NCBI GenBank assembly: GCA_038040265.1
Contig: JBBPIP010000010.1
Coordinates: 9,901 to 73,900, forward strand
From: Chloroflexota bacterium
Lineage (GTDB): Bacteria > Chloroflexota > Limnocylindria > P2-11E
DNA length: 64,000 nt
Direction of reading: 5' to 3'
The position numbers and the translations under genes are program-made. Shown here in pieces: positions 1-9,224 of the stretch (its first letter is position 1; each line of letters opens with the position of its first letter). Below the pieces are notes generated by a model that saw only the letters and a list, made by a program, of their open reading frames with translations, had not been told where the DNA came from and made no database searches.

Positions 1-2
1 CG

Positions 3-230
3 CGTCGAGTTGGTAAGGACGCGGAGACCGTCCGCCGTTGGATCCGCTCCGGCAAGCTGCGCGCGCGCAGGGTCGGAACCCAGCACATCATCGAAGAGGA
101 CGATCTCCGCGCTGTCGTTGCGGTGAAAGGCGCGCAGCTCCCCGTGCCTGCGGAGTGGCGCCGCACCTGGACCGGCGAGCCGATGCCCAATGTGGTCAGG
201 CTGATCGAACGCAGCCGTAAAGGCCGATAG
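3..230 (+). CDS. Partial HTH antitoxin (excisionase/MerR-type helix-turn-helix, VapB-like); N-terminus lies outside the window
   Basis: Frame 3 translates to ...AETVRRWIRSGKLRARRVGTQHIIEEDDLRAVVAV..., a typical HTH_17 DNA-binding motif. Its TAG stop at 228-230 is directly followed by the ATG of the PIN gene. Confidence 0.5.
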   Translation, partial: RRVGKDAETVRRWIRSGKLRARRVGTQHIIEEDDLRAVVAVKGAQLPVPAEWRRTWTGEPMPNVVRLIERSRKGR

Positions 231-623
231 ATGCTCGTCGTCGATGCCAGCGTGGCATTCCTAGCGTGCTCCTCCCCGGATGGCTTCGTCCCGTTCGGCC
301 GCGAACAGCTCCTCGCACCGTCACTCATGTGGTCGGAGGTTCGCTCGTCCCTGCACGAGGCGCGTTGGCGCGGTGAAGTTTCCGACGAGCAGGCGAGGCG
401 CGCTGTCGCCACGCTCGACGCGTCGCCGATTCGCATGCGGTCGCACAAGCGTCTCGGCGTTGAGGCTTGGCGGATCGCCGATGAGTTCGGCTGGGCGAAG
501 ACTTACGACGCCGAATACCTAGCGCTAGCCTCACTTCTGGGATGCCGTCTGGTCACAGCGGACGCGAGACTCCGTCGCACGACCGGCCGCTTGGGTTACG
601 TGATCGGCCCTACCGATCTGTGA
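231..623 (+). CDS. vapC: PIN-domain toxin (VapC-like ribonuclease)
   Basis: 130 aa. Acidic PIN residues are present (MLVVDASV..., TYDAEYLALA). The ATG sits immediately after the upstream HTH gene's stop. Confidence 0.75.
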   Translation: MLVVDASVAFLACSSPDGFVPFGREQLLAPSLMWSEVRSSLHEARWRGEVSDEQARRAVATLDASPIRMRSHKRLGVEAWRIADEFGWAKTYDAEYLALASLLGCRLVTADARLRRTTGRLGYVIGPTDL

Positions 624-669
624 GAGGAGGCGAACCATTGAGCCGCTCCGATCCTGGTCGGCGGCACCG

Positions 670-1569
670 CTACTTCAGTCCGGTCGTCGCGACTCCCTGC
701 ACGAAGTAGCGTTGGCCGAGGACGTAGATGATCAGGATGGGCAGGATCGCGATGACCGAGCCGGCCATGATGAGATCCCACTGGTTCTGATAGACGCCGC
801 GGAAGGCGGCGAGGCCGAGCTGGATGTTGAACATGTCCGGCGTCTGCATGTAGACGAGCCAATCGAAATAGCTGTTCCAGTGGTCCTTGAACGAAAGGAT
901 GCCGAGCGCGAGCAGCGCGGGGCGCGCGACCGGCAGCACGACCTTCCAGAAAGCGCCGAACCACCCAACGCCATCCATGATCGCGGCCTCCTCGAGCTCG
1001 CGGGGGACGCTCCTGAAGAACTGCGTCATGAGGAAGATGCCGAACGGGGTGATGAAGGACTGGATGAGGAGTGCACCGTAGGTGTTGACGAGGCCGAGGT
1101 TCTGGATGAGCACGTACTTCGGGACGAGCGTCACCCAGGACGGAATGACCATCGTGCCGAGCATGATCGCGAAGAGGAGGTTGCGGCCTGGGAACTCGAG
1201 GCGCGCGAACGCGTACGCGACGAGGGAGCAGAAGAAGAGGTTGCACCCTACGAGAAGCAGCGTGACGATGAAGCCGTTGACGACCTGGCGGAAGAAGTTC
1301 GGGTTCGCAATGAACACCTGGATGTAGTTCTCGGGATGCCACTCGGACGGCAGGAACGTCGGCGGATATGCGATCACCTCGGATGAGGTCTTGAACGACG
1401 AGAGCACGGTCATGACGAAGGGCGTGAACAGGAACACCGTTACGACGATGTAGAGGATGTAGCGGAACGTCGTCTGGAGCCGCTCCACGCGCTCGGTGGT
1501 GTCGCGCGCTGCGGGTCGGAAGAGGGTTCGGTCGGCCGTATGGCGGATGGGCTGTGGAGTCTGCTCCAC
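670..1569 (-). CDS. Carbohydrate ABC transporter permease (MalG/UgpE-like)
   Basis: 299 aa, 6 TM. Carries the EAAxxDG permease signature (ELEEAAIMDGVGWFGAFWKVVLP). GTG start. Confidence 0.9.
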   Translation of the reverse strand: MEQTPQPIRHTADRTLFRPAARDTTERVERLQTTFRYILYIVVTVFLFTPFVMTVLSSFKTSSEVIAYPPTFLPSEWHPENYIQVFIANPNFFRQVVNGFIVTLLLVGCNLFFCSLVAYAFARLEFPGRNLLFAIMLGTMVIPSWVTLVPKYVLIQNLGLVNTYGALLIQSFITPFGIFLMTQFFRSVPRELEEAAIMDGVGWFGAFWKVVLPVARPALLALGILSFKDHWNSYFDWLVYMQTPDMFNIQLGLAAFRGVYQNQWDLIMAGSVIAILPILIIYVLGQRYFVQGVATTGLK

Positions 1570-1570
1570 G

Positions 1571-2482
1571 CTAGTAGTCGATCCTCGCGTCGAGGTAGCG
1601 CCGCGACACGATGGTGAGGATGTAGATGATCACGCCGAGCGTGAACGCCATGGCGCACGCGACGCCGACCTGACCCTCGTCACGGAAGACGTTCTGGTAG
1701 ATGAGGTACGCGACCGTGAGCGTCGACTTGAGCGGCCCACCCTGGGTCATGATCGAGATCTGGTCGAAGACCTGGAACGTGCCGATGATCCCGAGGGCGA
1801 CGACGAGGAAGATGATCGGGCGCAGGAGCGGGATGGTGATGCTGAAGAAGCGCCGGAGCGGCCCCGCGCCGTCCACCTCGGCCGCCTCGTAGATGGATCG
1901 AGGGATGTCCTGGAGTCCCGCGAGGAACACGATCATGAAGGTGGGCGCGGTGGTCCAGATGTTGAGGCCCATGATGGCGGGCAGCGCCGTTCGCGTGTCC
2001 AGTAGCCAGTTCTGCTGTGTCGTGAAGCCGAAGATGCCGAGGACCGAGTTCAACAGGCCGGTCGGGTGGTAGATCCAGAGGAAGATCATCGAGATCACGA
2101 CGGTGGATGCCACGGACGGCGTGTACCAGGTTGAGCGGAAGAATCCGCTCCCGCGAATCTTCGCATTGAGCAGGACGGCCATGATGAGCGCGAAGATCGT
2201 CTGGAAGATCGTGACGACGACGGCGTAGTACGTGGTGTTAGTGAGCGCGATCCTGAAGTTCTCGTTGTCAGCGAGATTCGTGTAGTTGGACAGCCCGCGG
2301 AACGGGTTCTCGAGCGCCAGCAGGTCGTAGCGGTGCAGGCTGAACCAGAACGCGAAGGCCAGCGCACCGGCCTGCATAACGAGGAAAAAGATGACGTAGG
2401 GGAGGACGAAGACGAGGCCGGCCCGCACTTGAGAAGCGTGGAATCCGCTTCTCCCGCGCCGCGCTACCGCGGTGACGGCCAT
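1571..2482 (-). CDS. Carbohydrate ABC transporter permease (MalF/UgpA-like)
   Basis: 303 aa polytopic protein with EAAxxDG motif (YEAAEVDGAGPLRRFFSITIP). Abuts the downstream permease gene. Confidence 0.9.
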   Translation of the reverse strand: MAVTAVARRGRSGFHASQVRAGLVFVLPYVIFFLVMQAGALAFAFWFSLHRYDLLALENPFRGLSNYTNLADNENFRIALTNTTYYAVVVTIFQTIFALIMAVLLNAKIRGSGFFRSTWYTPSVASTVVISMIFLWIYHPTGLLNSVLGIFGFTTQQNWLLDTRTALPAIMGLNIWTTAPTFMIVFLAGLQDIPRSIYEAAEVDGAGPLRRFFSITIPLLRPIIFLVVALGIIGTFQVFDQISIMTQGGPLKSTLTVAYLIYQNVFRDEGQVGVACAMAFTLGVIIYILTIVSRRYLDARIDY

Positions 2483-2517
2483 CGTCTCGCCTCCCCGTCC
2501 GCTCTAGACGCTCTGCG

Positions 2518-3777
2518 TTACTGCTTCAGCGCCGTATTCGCGTCGGCGACTGCCTTGTCGAGCGCCTCCTTCGGCGTTGACTTGCCCAAGAGGATCGCGC
2601 CCAGCGCATTGCTCATCGCTTCCTGGATCTTGGCCTCGTGCGGCCCGAAGGTCCAAGGCACCGCGAATTGCGCGCTGTCGAAGAGGGTCTTCTCGTTCGG
2701 GTGCGTCGAGAAGAACGGATCGTTCGCCAGGTCCTTGCGGGCCGGCAACGCGAAGCCGCTTTCAAGGACTTGCTTCTGGACTTCCTTGCTGGTCATGTAC
2801 TTGACGAAGAGGAAGCAGGCATCCGGGCTCTTCGTCTTCGCGGCGCAGCCCCACGCGTTCGTGAAGAGGAGCGTCGCTTGCTTTGAGGGACCGGCCGGGA
2901 GAGCGATCGTGCCGTACTCGACCGCGGGATAGGTGTCCTTCATGTACGGAATGAGCCAGCCGCCCTCGATGACCATCGCCGCCTTCTGCTTGCCGAACGC
3001 ATCGCCGGCCCAGGTGGCACCGAGGTTGGATGGCAGGTCCGACGACTTGTCCGTGAGCTGGAAGGACGCGTAGAAGGTCGCGGAATCGATAGCGGCCTTG
3101 TCGTTGAAGACCGCCGTCTTGCCGTCCGGGCTCAGGACGTTGCCGCCCCAGCCGAACAGGAGTGCGTTCCAGCGGGCGCTGTCGTCGGGCAGGCTGATGC
3201 CTTTCGCGTCGCCCTTGGTGAGCGTCTTTGCGGACGAACGGACCTCGTCCCAGGTCTTCGGCGGTTGCAGACCAGCCGCCGTGAACATCTTCTTGTTGTA
3301 GAAAATGACCAGATCGCCGAAGTCCTTCGGCAGGCCGTAGAGCTTGCCGTTGTACTCCCAGGGGCTGAGCAGGCTCGGCACGAACTCGTCCCTCGAGACG
3401 CCCCACTTGCTCATGAGCGGGCCCAGATCGAGGAGCCGACCTGCGGGAGCCGCGAAGTTCATGAGCTTCGTGCTGACATACATGGCGTCCGGCTCGCTGC
3501 CGGCCGTCATCTGCGTCTTGATCTTGTCCTCGAACGCGTCAGGAATCTGCTCCTGCGTGACCTTGATCTTCGGGTACTTCTTCATGAAGTCATCGATGTA
3601 CTTCTTGACGAGGTTGTTCTCCGTCGGGTTGCCGCCCCAGTTCGCGGCGCGGAGATCGCCAGTGATGTCCTGCTCGTTAGTCGCGCTGGTTCCAGCGCCT
3701 CCGCCACCGGCGGAGCAGGCCGCCAGGATCAGCGCCGCAATGAGACCGAACGCGAGCACAAGTCGTGATGCGACCAT
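2518..3777 (-). CDS. Extracellular solute-binding lipoprotein of a sugar ABC transporter
   Basis: SBP_bac_1-like sequence. Likely ATG start at about 3777, preceded by GAGAGGTGG. Lipobox LILAAC. The six-frame track extends the ORF to 3843. Confidence 0.85.
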   Translation of the reverse strand: MVASRLVLAFGLIAALILAACSAGGGGAGTSATNEQDITGDLRAANWGGNPTENNLVKKYIDDFMKKYPKIKVTQEQIPDAFEDKIKTQMTAGSEPDAMYVSTKLMNFAAPAGRLLDLGPLMSKWGVSRDEFVPSLLSPWEYNGKLYGLPKDFGDLVIFYNKKMFTAAGLQPPKTWDEVRSSAKTLTKGDAKGISLPDDSARWNALLFGWGGNVLSPDGKTAVFNDKAAIDSATFYASFQLTDKSSDLPSNLGATWAGDAFGKQKAAMVIEGGWLIPYMKDTYPAVEYGTIALPAGPSKQATLLFTNAWGCAAKTKSPDACFLFVKYMTSKEVQKQVLESGFALPARKDLANDPFFSTHPNEKTLFDSAQFAVPWTFGPHEAKIQEAMSNALGAILLGKSTPKEALDKAVADANTALKQ

Positions 3778-3891
3778 CGTCGCCACCTCTCTCACCGCAT
3801 TCCCCCCTTGCGTCGCGCAAACGGCGGCCGGATTTCTCCGCACCTGCGGTCTAGGGATCGTTTCTGCTCCACTGGTAAAGGGTTGTCAAAT

Positions 3892-3909
3892 AGTCAGCTA
3901 GCGCTGACT
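3892..3909. promoter_or_regulatory. Inverted repeat AGTCAGC-tagc-GCTGACT overlapping the glycoside-hydrolase stop, upstream of the sugar-SBP promoter region
   Basis: 7-nt perfect arms. Located between two co-directional minus-strand genes, about 115 nt upstream of the SBP start. A TTGACA hexamer lies immediately adjacent on the minus strand. Confidence 0.25.
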
Positions 3910-5960
3910 GATACACCGGTTGCCCGCACGTCAGTCACGCGCGCGCGGCCGCGTTTGCGCTCAAGTCGGACAGCGATCGTGCCGGCGCCAACCCGGAGGT
4001 CACTTGCTTCGAAGCGGTTTATCCCGTCGGGAAGTAGTGGATCGAGCGTGACCCCGAGACCGTCCGGGGCGACCACGAGTCCGAGCATCGTCCGGATGCA
4101 AAGAAAGGTCGCCGCCGCCGACCACGCTTGCGGTACGCAAGCGACCGGATAGCTCGTGGGCGACACCCCGCGTCGTTTGGGTTGGCCGCCGAACAGCTCG
4201 GGGATGCGCCAGTCGGGGAACGCCTTCGCCGTCGCGATCATCTCGGCGATCGTCCTCGCCGCGCCCGCCTTGTCACCGTAACGGGCCATGCCCGCGGCCG
4301 CGATCGCGGTGTCGTGCGGCCACACCGCGCCGTTCTGATAACTGACCGGGTCGTAATGCTTCGAGCGTGAGCTCCGCGTGCGGATGCCCCAGCCGCTCGC
4401 GAGATCGGGTTTGCGCAGGCGCAGCGCCGTGGCGCGGCCGTGCGCTGGAGTCGCGGCGCCGGCCCAGATCACGTGCCCCGGGTTCGACACGATGTCCGTC
4501 ATCTGACGCTTGAGGCCGTCGAGCGCCTGCGAGTAGAACGAGCGCTCCGGCATCCAGAACGCACGCTCGAATTTCTGACGAAGCGTGTGCGCGCGATGCG
4601 TGAGCTTGGCGGCCCACGTCGGATCACGCTTGGCGACGACTTCGGCGAGCGATCGCAGCGCGGCATACGCATACGCCTGCACCTCGACCGCCGCGATCGG
4701 TCCCGGCGGCCGCTGCCCTTTCGAAGCGAGGTAGCTGTCGCCCGAGTCCTTCCAGACCTGATTGAGGATCCCGCTCGGACGTTTGCGTTCGAACTCGATG
4801 AACTGGTCCCCGTCGAGATCACCGCGCGTCTCCATCCACTCGAGCGCCCTGCGGATGTTCGGCTCGAACTCGCCGATGAGATCGCGCTCCGGGATCCAGC
4901 GCGCCGCCTCGGCCGCGAGCCACACGAAGAGCGGCGTCGCGTCGACCGATCCGTAGTACGGCGAGCCGAATGCGCCGCCGGTGCGCACGATCTCGCCCTG
5001 CCGGATTTCATGGGCGATGCGGCCGGGCTCCTCGTCGCGCTCGGGGACGTCGCGCGTGCCCTGCTTATCCGCGAGCAGGCGCAGCACCGCGGGGGCGAGA
5101 TCGCGGCGCAGCGGCAACGTCATGAGCGCGGTCGTGATCGAGTCGCGGCCGAACGCGGCAACGAACCACGGGATGCCCGCGGCGGGGAAGTAGCCGTCGG
5201 TGGTCTGGTCCGAGAGCAGGAAGAGATCGAGCGAGCTGCGCGCGATCCACGCGTCGAGATCCGGCGAGTCGCTGGCGAAGCGCGTCGAGGTCCGCTGCCA
5301 CGCGTCCCAGTCCCGATCGGCGACGACGGGGGAGGGGAGCGTCGATCGCACGCGGATGTCGAGCTCGATCGAGCGTCGGTCGCCAGGCGAAACCGTTACG
5401 CCAACTCGCCCACGAGCGGGCCCGTCCCCGGTTTGCCATGCGTCGACCGGCGCCAGGACCTCCGTCGACTGCTTCACGCCGTCGACCGCGGTGTACTGAA
5501 AGAGGAGGCGATGGCCGTTCGCGGCTGTCGGCTCGCGGCGCCCCTTGGTGGTGCGCTTGATTCGTCGCACCTCGAAAAGATCGCGGAAGTCCGCATCGAC
5601 AGTGACGTCGGCTTCGAACGTGGCGGTGCCCGGTCCGGGGTTCTCGATCGACCACTGGTCGGCGATCGCGTTGTCGACGCGGATGCGGCGTCCGACCCGC
5701 AGCGCGCCGAGCCGATACATCAGGAGCGCCCCGTCCGGCAACACCTCGGCCGAAATGAGGCGCAGGCGGCCCCTGCGCGGGCGGACCTCGTACGTTGAAA
5801 GGTGGCGGGTGTCCCAGGCGTATACCCCTGCGCCACGGCGAGAGGGGCCGCGGATATCGGCGCCTGTCGTCGCGACGTACACCAGCCCGGAGCCCTTCAA
5901 AGAGAGCCCAGGCTTGGGTGGCCCAGCGTTTGCACGTCGTCTAGGCAGGCGAGCGAGCAC
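3894..5960 (-). CDS. Glycoside hydrolase, amylo-alpha-1,6-glucosidase / GDE_C (glycogen-debranching-like) family
   Basis: 688 aa. Central (alpha/alpha)6-barrel-type motifs match GDE_N_bis + GDE_C proteins: GIPWFVAAFGRDSITTALMTLPL, SPYYGSVDATPLFVWL, QNGAVWPHDTA. Sits immediately upstream of the sugar ABC importer. Exact start uncertain. Confidence 0.65.
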   Translation of the reverse strand: MLARLPRRRANAGPPKPGLSLKGSGLVYVATTGADIRGPSRRGAGVYAWDTRHLSTYEVRPRRGRLRLISAEVLPDGALLMYRLGALRVGRRIRVDNAIADQWSIENPGPGTATFEADVTVDADFRDLFEVRRIKRTTKGRREPTAANGHRLLFQYTAVDGVKQSTEVLAPVDAWQTGDGPARGRVGVTVSPGDRRSIELDIRVRSTLPSPVVADRDWDAWQRTSTRFASDSPDLDAWIARSSLDLFLLSDQTTDGYFPAAGIPWFVAAFGRDSITTALMTLPLRRDLAPAVLRLLADKQGTRDVPERDEEPGRIAHEIRQGEIVRTGGAFGSPYYGSVDATPLFVWLAAEAARWIPERDLIGEFEPNIRRALEWMETRGDLDGDQFIEFERKRPSGILNQVWKDSGDSYLASKGQRPPGPIAAVEVQAYAYAALRSLAEVVAKRDPTWAAKLTHRAHTLRQKFERAFWMPERSFYSQALDGLKRQMTDIVSNPGHVIWAGAATPAHGRATALRLRKPDLASGWGIRTRSSRSKHYDPVSYQNGAVWPHDTAIAAAGMARYGDKAGAARTIAEMIATAKAFPDWRIPELFGGQPKRRGVSPTSYPVACVPQAWSAAATFLCIRTMLGLVVAPDGLGVTLDPLLPDGINRFEASDLRVGAGTIAVRLERKRGRARVTDVRATGVSVSAS

Positions 5961-6008
5961 CTTTCTTATGGTCGTGGGCTACTTTGCGAAGGAGAAGTGC
6001 CGAAGGGA

Positions 6009-6914
6009 ATGCGCGTACGGCTCAGTTTCGCGCTTGCGCTCGTCGCGGCGCTTGTCGTCACGGGCTGCGGCGGTCTCGGCTCGTCCGGTGGCGCTGTCTG
6101 CCCCGCGCCCGCGCTCGAGGCGGTGACCATGCCGGCGACCGCCGGCGCGTCCGTCACCTACGGCTTCCTCATCGACCGGGCGTACACCGGCGACGCCAAG
6201 CGCTCTCCTTCCTATCCCTGGCCGCAGCTCCCGACGACCGCGCTGAACACCGTCGCCGGTGCCCTCGTGAAGCTCGACCTGCGCCCGGGCGATTCGGTCT
6301 TCGGGACCTGGATCAGCCACAACTCGAACGACACGCGCGAGATCTTCCTGCCGCTCAGCCAGGTGCCGAAATCTTCCGCGACCGAATATCCGGCACCGCC
6401 CGCTGAGCCAAAGGCGCCGGTCAATCAGCTCGACTGCAACGACTACGCGACGAAGGTTCGCGCGTACAACACCGCGGCGAAGGAGTGGCAGGTGAAGGTG
6501 AACGACATCGCACAACGCGCCGCGGCTGACGATGCGCGCGCGGTCACCACATTCATCGAGCGCACGCAGGCCTCGATTCAGGCGGTCTCGCCGGTGCAGG
6601 ATACGGTCGGCACCGACATCTACGGCGGCCTCGCGGTCGCTGGCGGCGTGTTCGGCGCGAACCCGGGCAAGCACAAGCTCGTGCTCTTCTCGGACATGAC
6701 CGACACAGTCGGTAACCCGGTGCGACCAGATCTCGTGCAGAGCGACATCGTCATCGGGCTCTATCACCGCGACGACCCGAGCGATCAGGGCAAGGGCCAG
6801 CGCGATTGGGAGACGACGTTCAAGACTCTGAACGCGCGCGTGCCCGTGTTCCTCCCGTGGGCCGCGACGACGACTGACAAGATCGTCGAGCAGCTGAAGG
6901 CGACCGGCCGATGA
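6009..6914 (+). CDS. Hypothetical lipoprotein with vWA-like C-terminal half
   Basis: ATG at 6009 is preceded by AAGGAG. Signal peptide plus lipobox (LVVTGCGG). The C-terminal part (DIYGGLAVAGGVF...KHKLVLFSDMTDTVGNP) resembles a vWA/MIDAS fold. The track ORF starts earlier, at 5802. Confidence 0.55.
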   Translation: MRVRLSFALALVAALVVTGCGGLGSSGGAVCPAPALEAVTMPATAGASVTYGFLIDRAYTGDAKRSPSYPWPQLPTTALNTVAGALVKLDLRPGDSVFGTWISHNSNDTREIFLPLSQVPKSSATEYPAPPAEPKAPVNQLDCNDYATKVRAYNTAAKEWQVKVNDIAQRAAADDARAVTTFIERTQASIQAVSPVQDTVGTDIYGGLAVAGGVFGANPGKHKLVLFSDMTDTVGNPVRPDLVQSDIVIGLYHRDDPSDQGKGQRDWETTFKTLNARVPVFLPWAATTTDKIVEQLKATGR

Positions 6915-8353
6915 ACGAGGTCGTCGCTCTCCTCGAGTCGCTGCGGCCGATCCTCGAGCGCTGGTACCTGCTGCTCTTCGCGGTCGTTCTCGTGACGCTC
7001 CTCGGCATTCCGGCCCGTTGGTTGGTGAGCTCGGTCGCGGCGCTTCTGCGTGTGCCCGCGAACTTCACGCGAGCGGAGATCGATCCGCCGCTGCACCGCG
7101 CGACGCCGACCGCGCCGTACCGGCTGCTCCGTAACCTCCGTGATTACTTCCGCCCGGTGCTCGATCGTCCCGCGCGCGCTCTTGCGGGCGCGGCCGCTGG
7201 GCTCTTCTTCACCGCCCGCGACGCCGCGAACTGGCCGGTCGCCGCGATCACCGGCGCGGTCGTCGGGCTCATCAGCCCGCTCGTGGACCAGGCCGCGACG
7301 CACGCCGAGAACGGAAGCGATCGTCTCGGCGCCCAGTCGCGCTCCGCCGCGGGCGCGCTCCGCGGCGACTCCGGGCAATGGGCCGGATGGCGCGTGATCG
7401 GCGGGTTCCTGTTCTTCGGCGGGCTGCTGCTCTTCCTCTACGCCGATGCCGCGCTCTCCATCGCGAGCCACGAGAAGGCGATCGGCGCGACGGTCACGTT
7501 CCTGCCGGACTGGTTCCGGGAGATCACGGTCGCGTACGCGATCGCCTCGTTCGTTGGCGCGCTGATGCTCGGACTCGTGTTCTTCGACCTCATCGGGATG
7601 ACGCACCTCGGGCCGTGGGACGACCTCGCGCCCACGCCGCGGAAGTGGCTCACGCGTCTCGCGCTTGGTCTCGCCGTGGGCTTCCTGCTCCTGTCGCTGT
7701 TCCTCGCGCTCTGGCGGTCCTCTGTCGTCGTGCCGGACTTCATCCCTGCGGACGTCGCGAACAAGTTCGAGGGCCTCGCGCTGACATTCCCGATCCCGCT
7801 CATGCTCGTCGCCACAGGGCTCATCGCGTGGGGCGCGATCGCGATGCCGTGGCTTGCCTGGATCCTGGTCGTCGGCGCGCTCGCGATCATCATGCTGATC
7901 GTGGCCCTCGTTCTCCGCGCCGTGAGTCGCGCGCTCCCGCCGCTCGCGGTACTGCTCGGAGGACTCCTGCGCGTCCTTGGGATCGTCGGGATCGTCCTAT
8001 TAATAGGAGTGATCGCGTTCGCGACGGGTGTGTACTTCGTGCTCAGCGTTGTCGCGGTCGGCGTCGTGTTCCTCGGAGCGTTCGCCGGACTCCTGCTCTG
8101 GACTGCGGCCTGGCTGGTCGCCGAGGCGATCGTTTACGTGTTCCGCCTGATCGCGAAGGTCGCGGACGCGCTCGAGCTTGTATTGCAGCGGCTGATCGAC
8201 GCGGTCATGTATCCCGGCCGCGTGCTCTGGAACTGGATCGCGAGCTTCGATCGGTCTCGCGCAATCCACCTGCAGCCGATCCGTACCGTGGAGACGCGTG
8301 CGCTCCGGCTCGCGGCCGGCGAGCAGCGGGAGATCGAGGAAGCCGCTCGTTAG
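6911..8353 (+). CDS. Hypothetical polytopic membrane protein (more than 10 predicted TM segments)
   Basis: Its ATG overlaps the lipoprotein's stop (ATGA), implying translational coupling. The sequence is strongly hydrophobic throughout. I recognise no family. Confidence 0.55.
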   Translation: MNEVVALLESLRPILERWYLLLFAVVLVTLLGIPARWLVSSVAALLRVPANFTRAEIDPPLHRATPTAPYRLLRNLRDYFRPVLDRPARALAGAAAGLFFTARDAANWPVAAITGAVVGLISPLVDQAATHAENGSDRLGAQSRSAAGALRGDSGQWAGWRVIGGFLFFGGLLLFLYADAALSIASHEKAIGATVTFLPDWFREITVAYAIASFVGALMLGLVFFDLIGMTHLGPWDDLAPTPRKWLTRLALGLAVGFLLLSLFLALWRSSVVVPDFIPADVANKFEGLALTFPIPLMLVATGLIAWGAIAMPWLAWILVVGALAIIMLIVALVLRAVSRALPPLAVLLGGLLRVLGIVGIVLLIGVIAFATGVYFVLSVVAVGVVFLGAFAGLLLWTAAWLVAEAIVYVFRLIAKVADALELVLQRLIDAVMYPGRVLWNWIASFDRSRAIHLQPIRTVETRALRLAAGEQREIEEAAR

Positions 8354-9010
8354 TTAGGCGACAGCGGGCCTTCCTTCACGGGCCAGACCGCGCGCGGTGA
8401 GATAGGCGATCGCGCCGAAGAACAAGAGGTTGAGGACCGCCCCTATCAGGGGTGGTCCAACCGGGACATTCGAAAGGGCGAAGAGAAGGAAGAGGAGCCC
8501 GTACCAGCGCCCCGCCGGGGGCCTACGGATCGCGGCGACGACCGCGGCTGCCAAAGAACCGAGGAAGAACGGGATGATGCCGGGCATCAAGAGCGTGCTC
8601 GCCGCGCTGCTTACTTCGCTTGCGGCCGCCTCAAGGCCTGGCCGTAGCGACTCGGCTCCGCCCGCGTAGCTCCTGCTCAGGAAGAGCGTCGAAAACTGCG
8701 CTCCGTCGCCCGCGAGGTTTATGGCGGCTCCGGCAAAAAGCAGGACGACGACCACCGTCGCGGCCCAGCCCCGGCCGATCGCGCGCCAGATGGCTGGCAG
8801 CAGGGCGACGAGGACGATCCACATGGCGATCGCGGCGAAGAGCCACGCGATGAAGAGTGACTGGTTCGCCGCGAAGTACGTGAGACGCGCCCGCATGTCC
8901 TCGGGGTTGCCGCTCGCGTCGATGATCACGCGGAATGTATAGGCATGCACGGCGGCGAGAATCGCACCCGCAGAACCGAGGACCAGCACCCAGTTCCGAT
9001 CTGGCAGCAC
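8354..9010 (-). CDS. Hypothetical membrane protein (about 6 TM)
   Basis: 218 aa hydrophobic ORF, convergent with the previous gene. Composition is coding-like but I recognise no family. Confidence 0.45.
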   Translation of the reverse strand: MLPDRNWVLVLGSAGAILAAVHAYTFRVIIDASGNPEDMRARLTYFAANQSLFIAWLFAAIAMWIVLVALLPAIWRAIGRGWAATVVVVLLFAGAAINLAGDGAQFSTLFLSRSYAGGAESLRPGLEAAASEVSSAASTLLMPGIIPFFLGSLAAAVVAAIRRPPAGRWYGLLFLLFALSNVPVGPPLIGAVLNLLFFGAIAYLTARGLAREGRPAVA

Positions 9011-9224
9011 GGCGGCGCGAGTCTAGATCGGACTTCCCGTACAGGATTTCGCGTGCGATCTCAACGTCCCAAGGTCGCGCGACGGTAGCGGTTTGCCGCT
9101 CGGATCACGCGCGCGCTTCACGAGTTCGCGCTCCTCTTTCAGAACTGCGTAACGCGGATAGGACATCAGTACCTGGGACCTTGTCGCAACCAGTGGCCGC
9201 TAACTAACTTGCAGTCTCCTGCAG

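Noticed and set aside
4440-5798. 452-aa plus-strand ORF, and several other 60-260-aa ORFs, antisense to the GDE_C hydrolase gene
   Set aside because: They lie entirely inside a well-supported minus-strand gene. Their Arg/Ala/Pro-rich composition is typical of alternative-frame ORFs in roughly 70% GC DNA. No RBS and no homology.
9011-9224. 214-bp intergenic region checked for tRNA or ncRNA
   Set aside because: By eye I found no cloverleaf-compatible structure or conserved tRNA boxes. It is most likely just the amidase promoter region.
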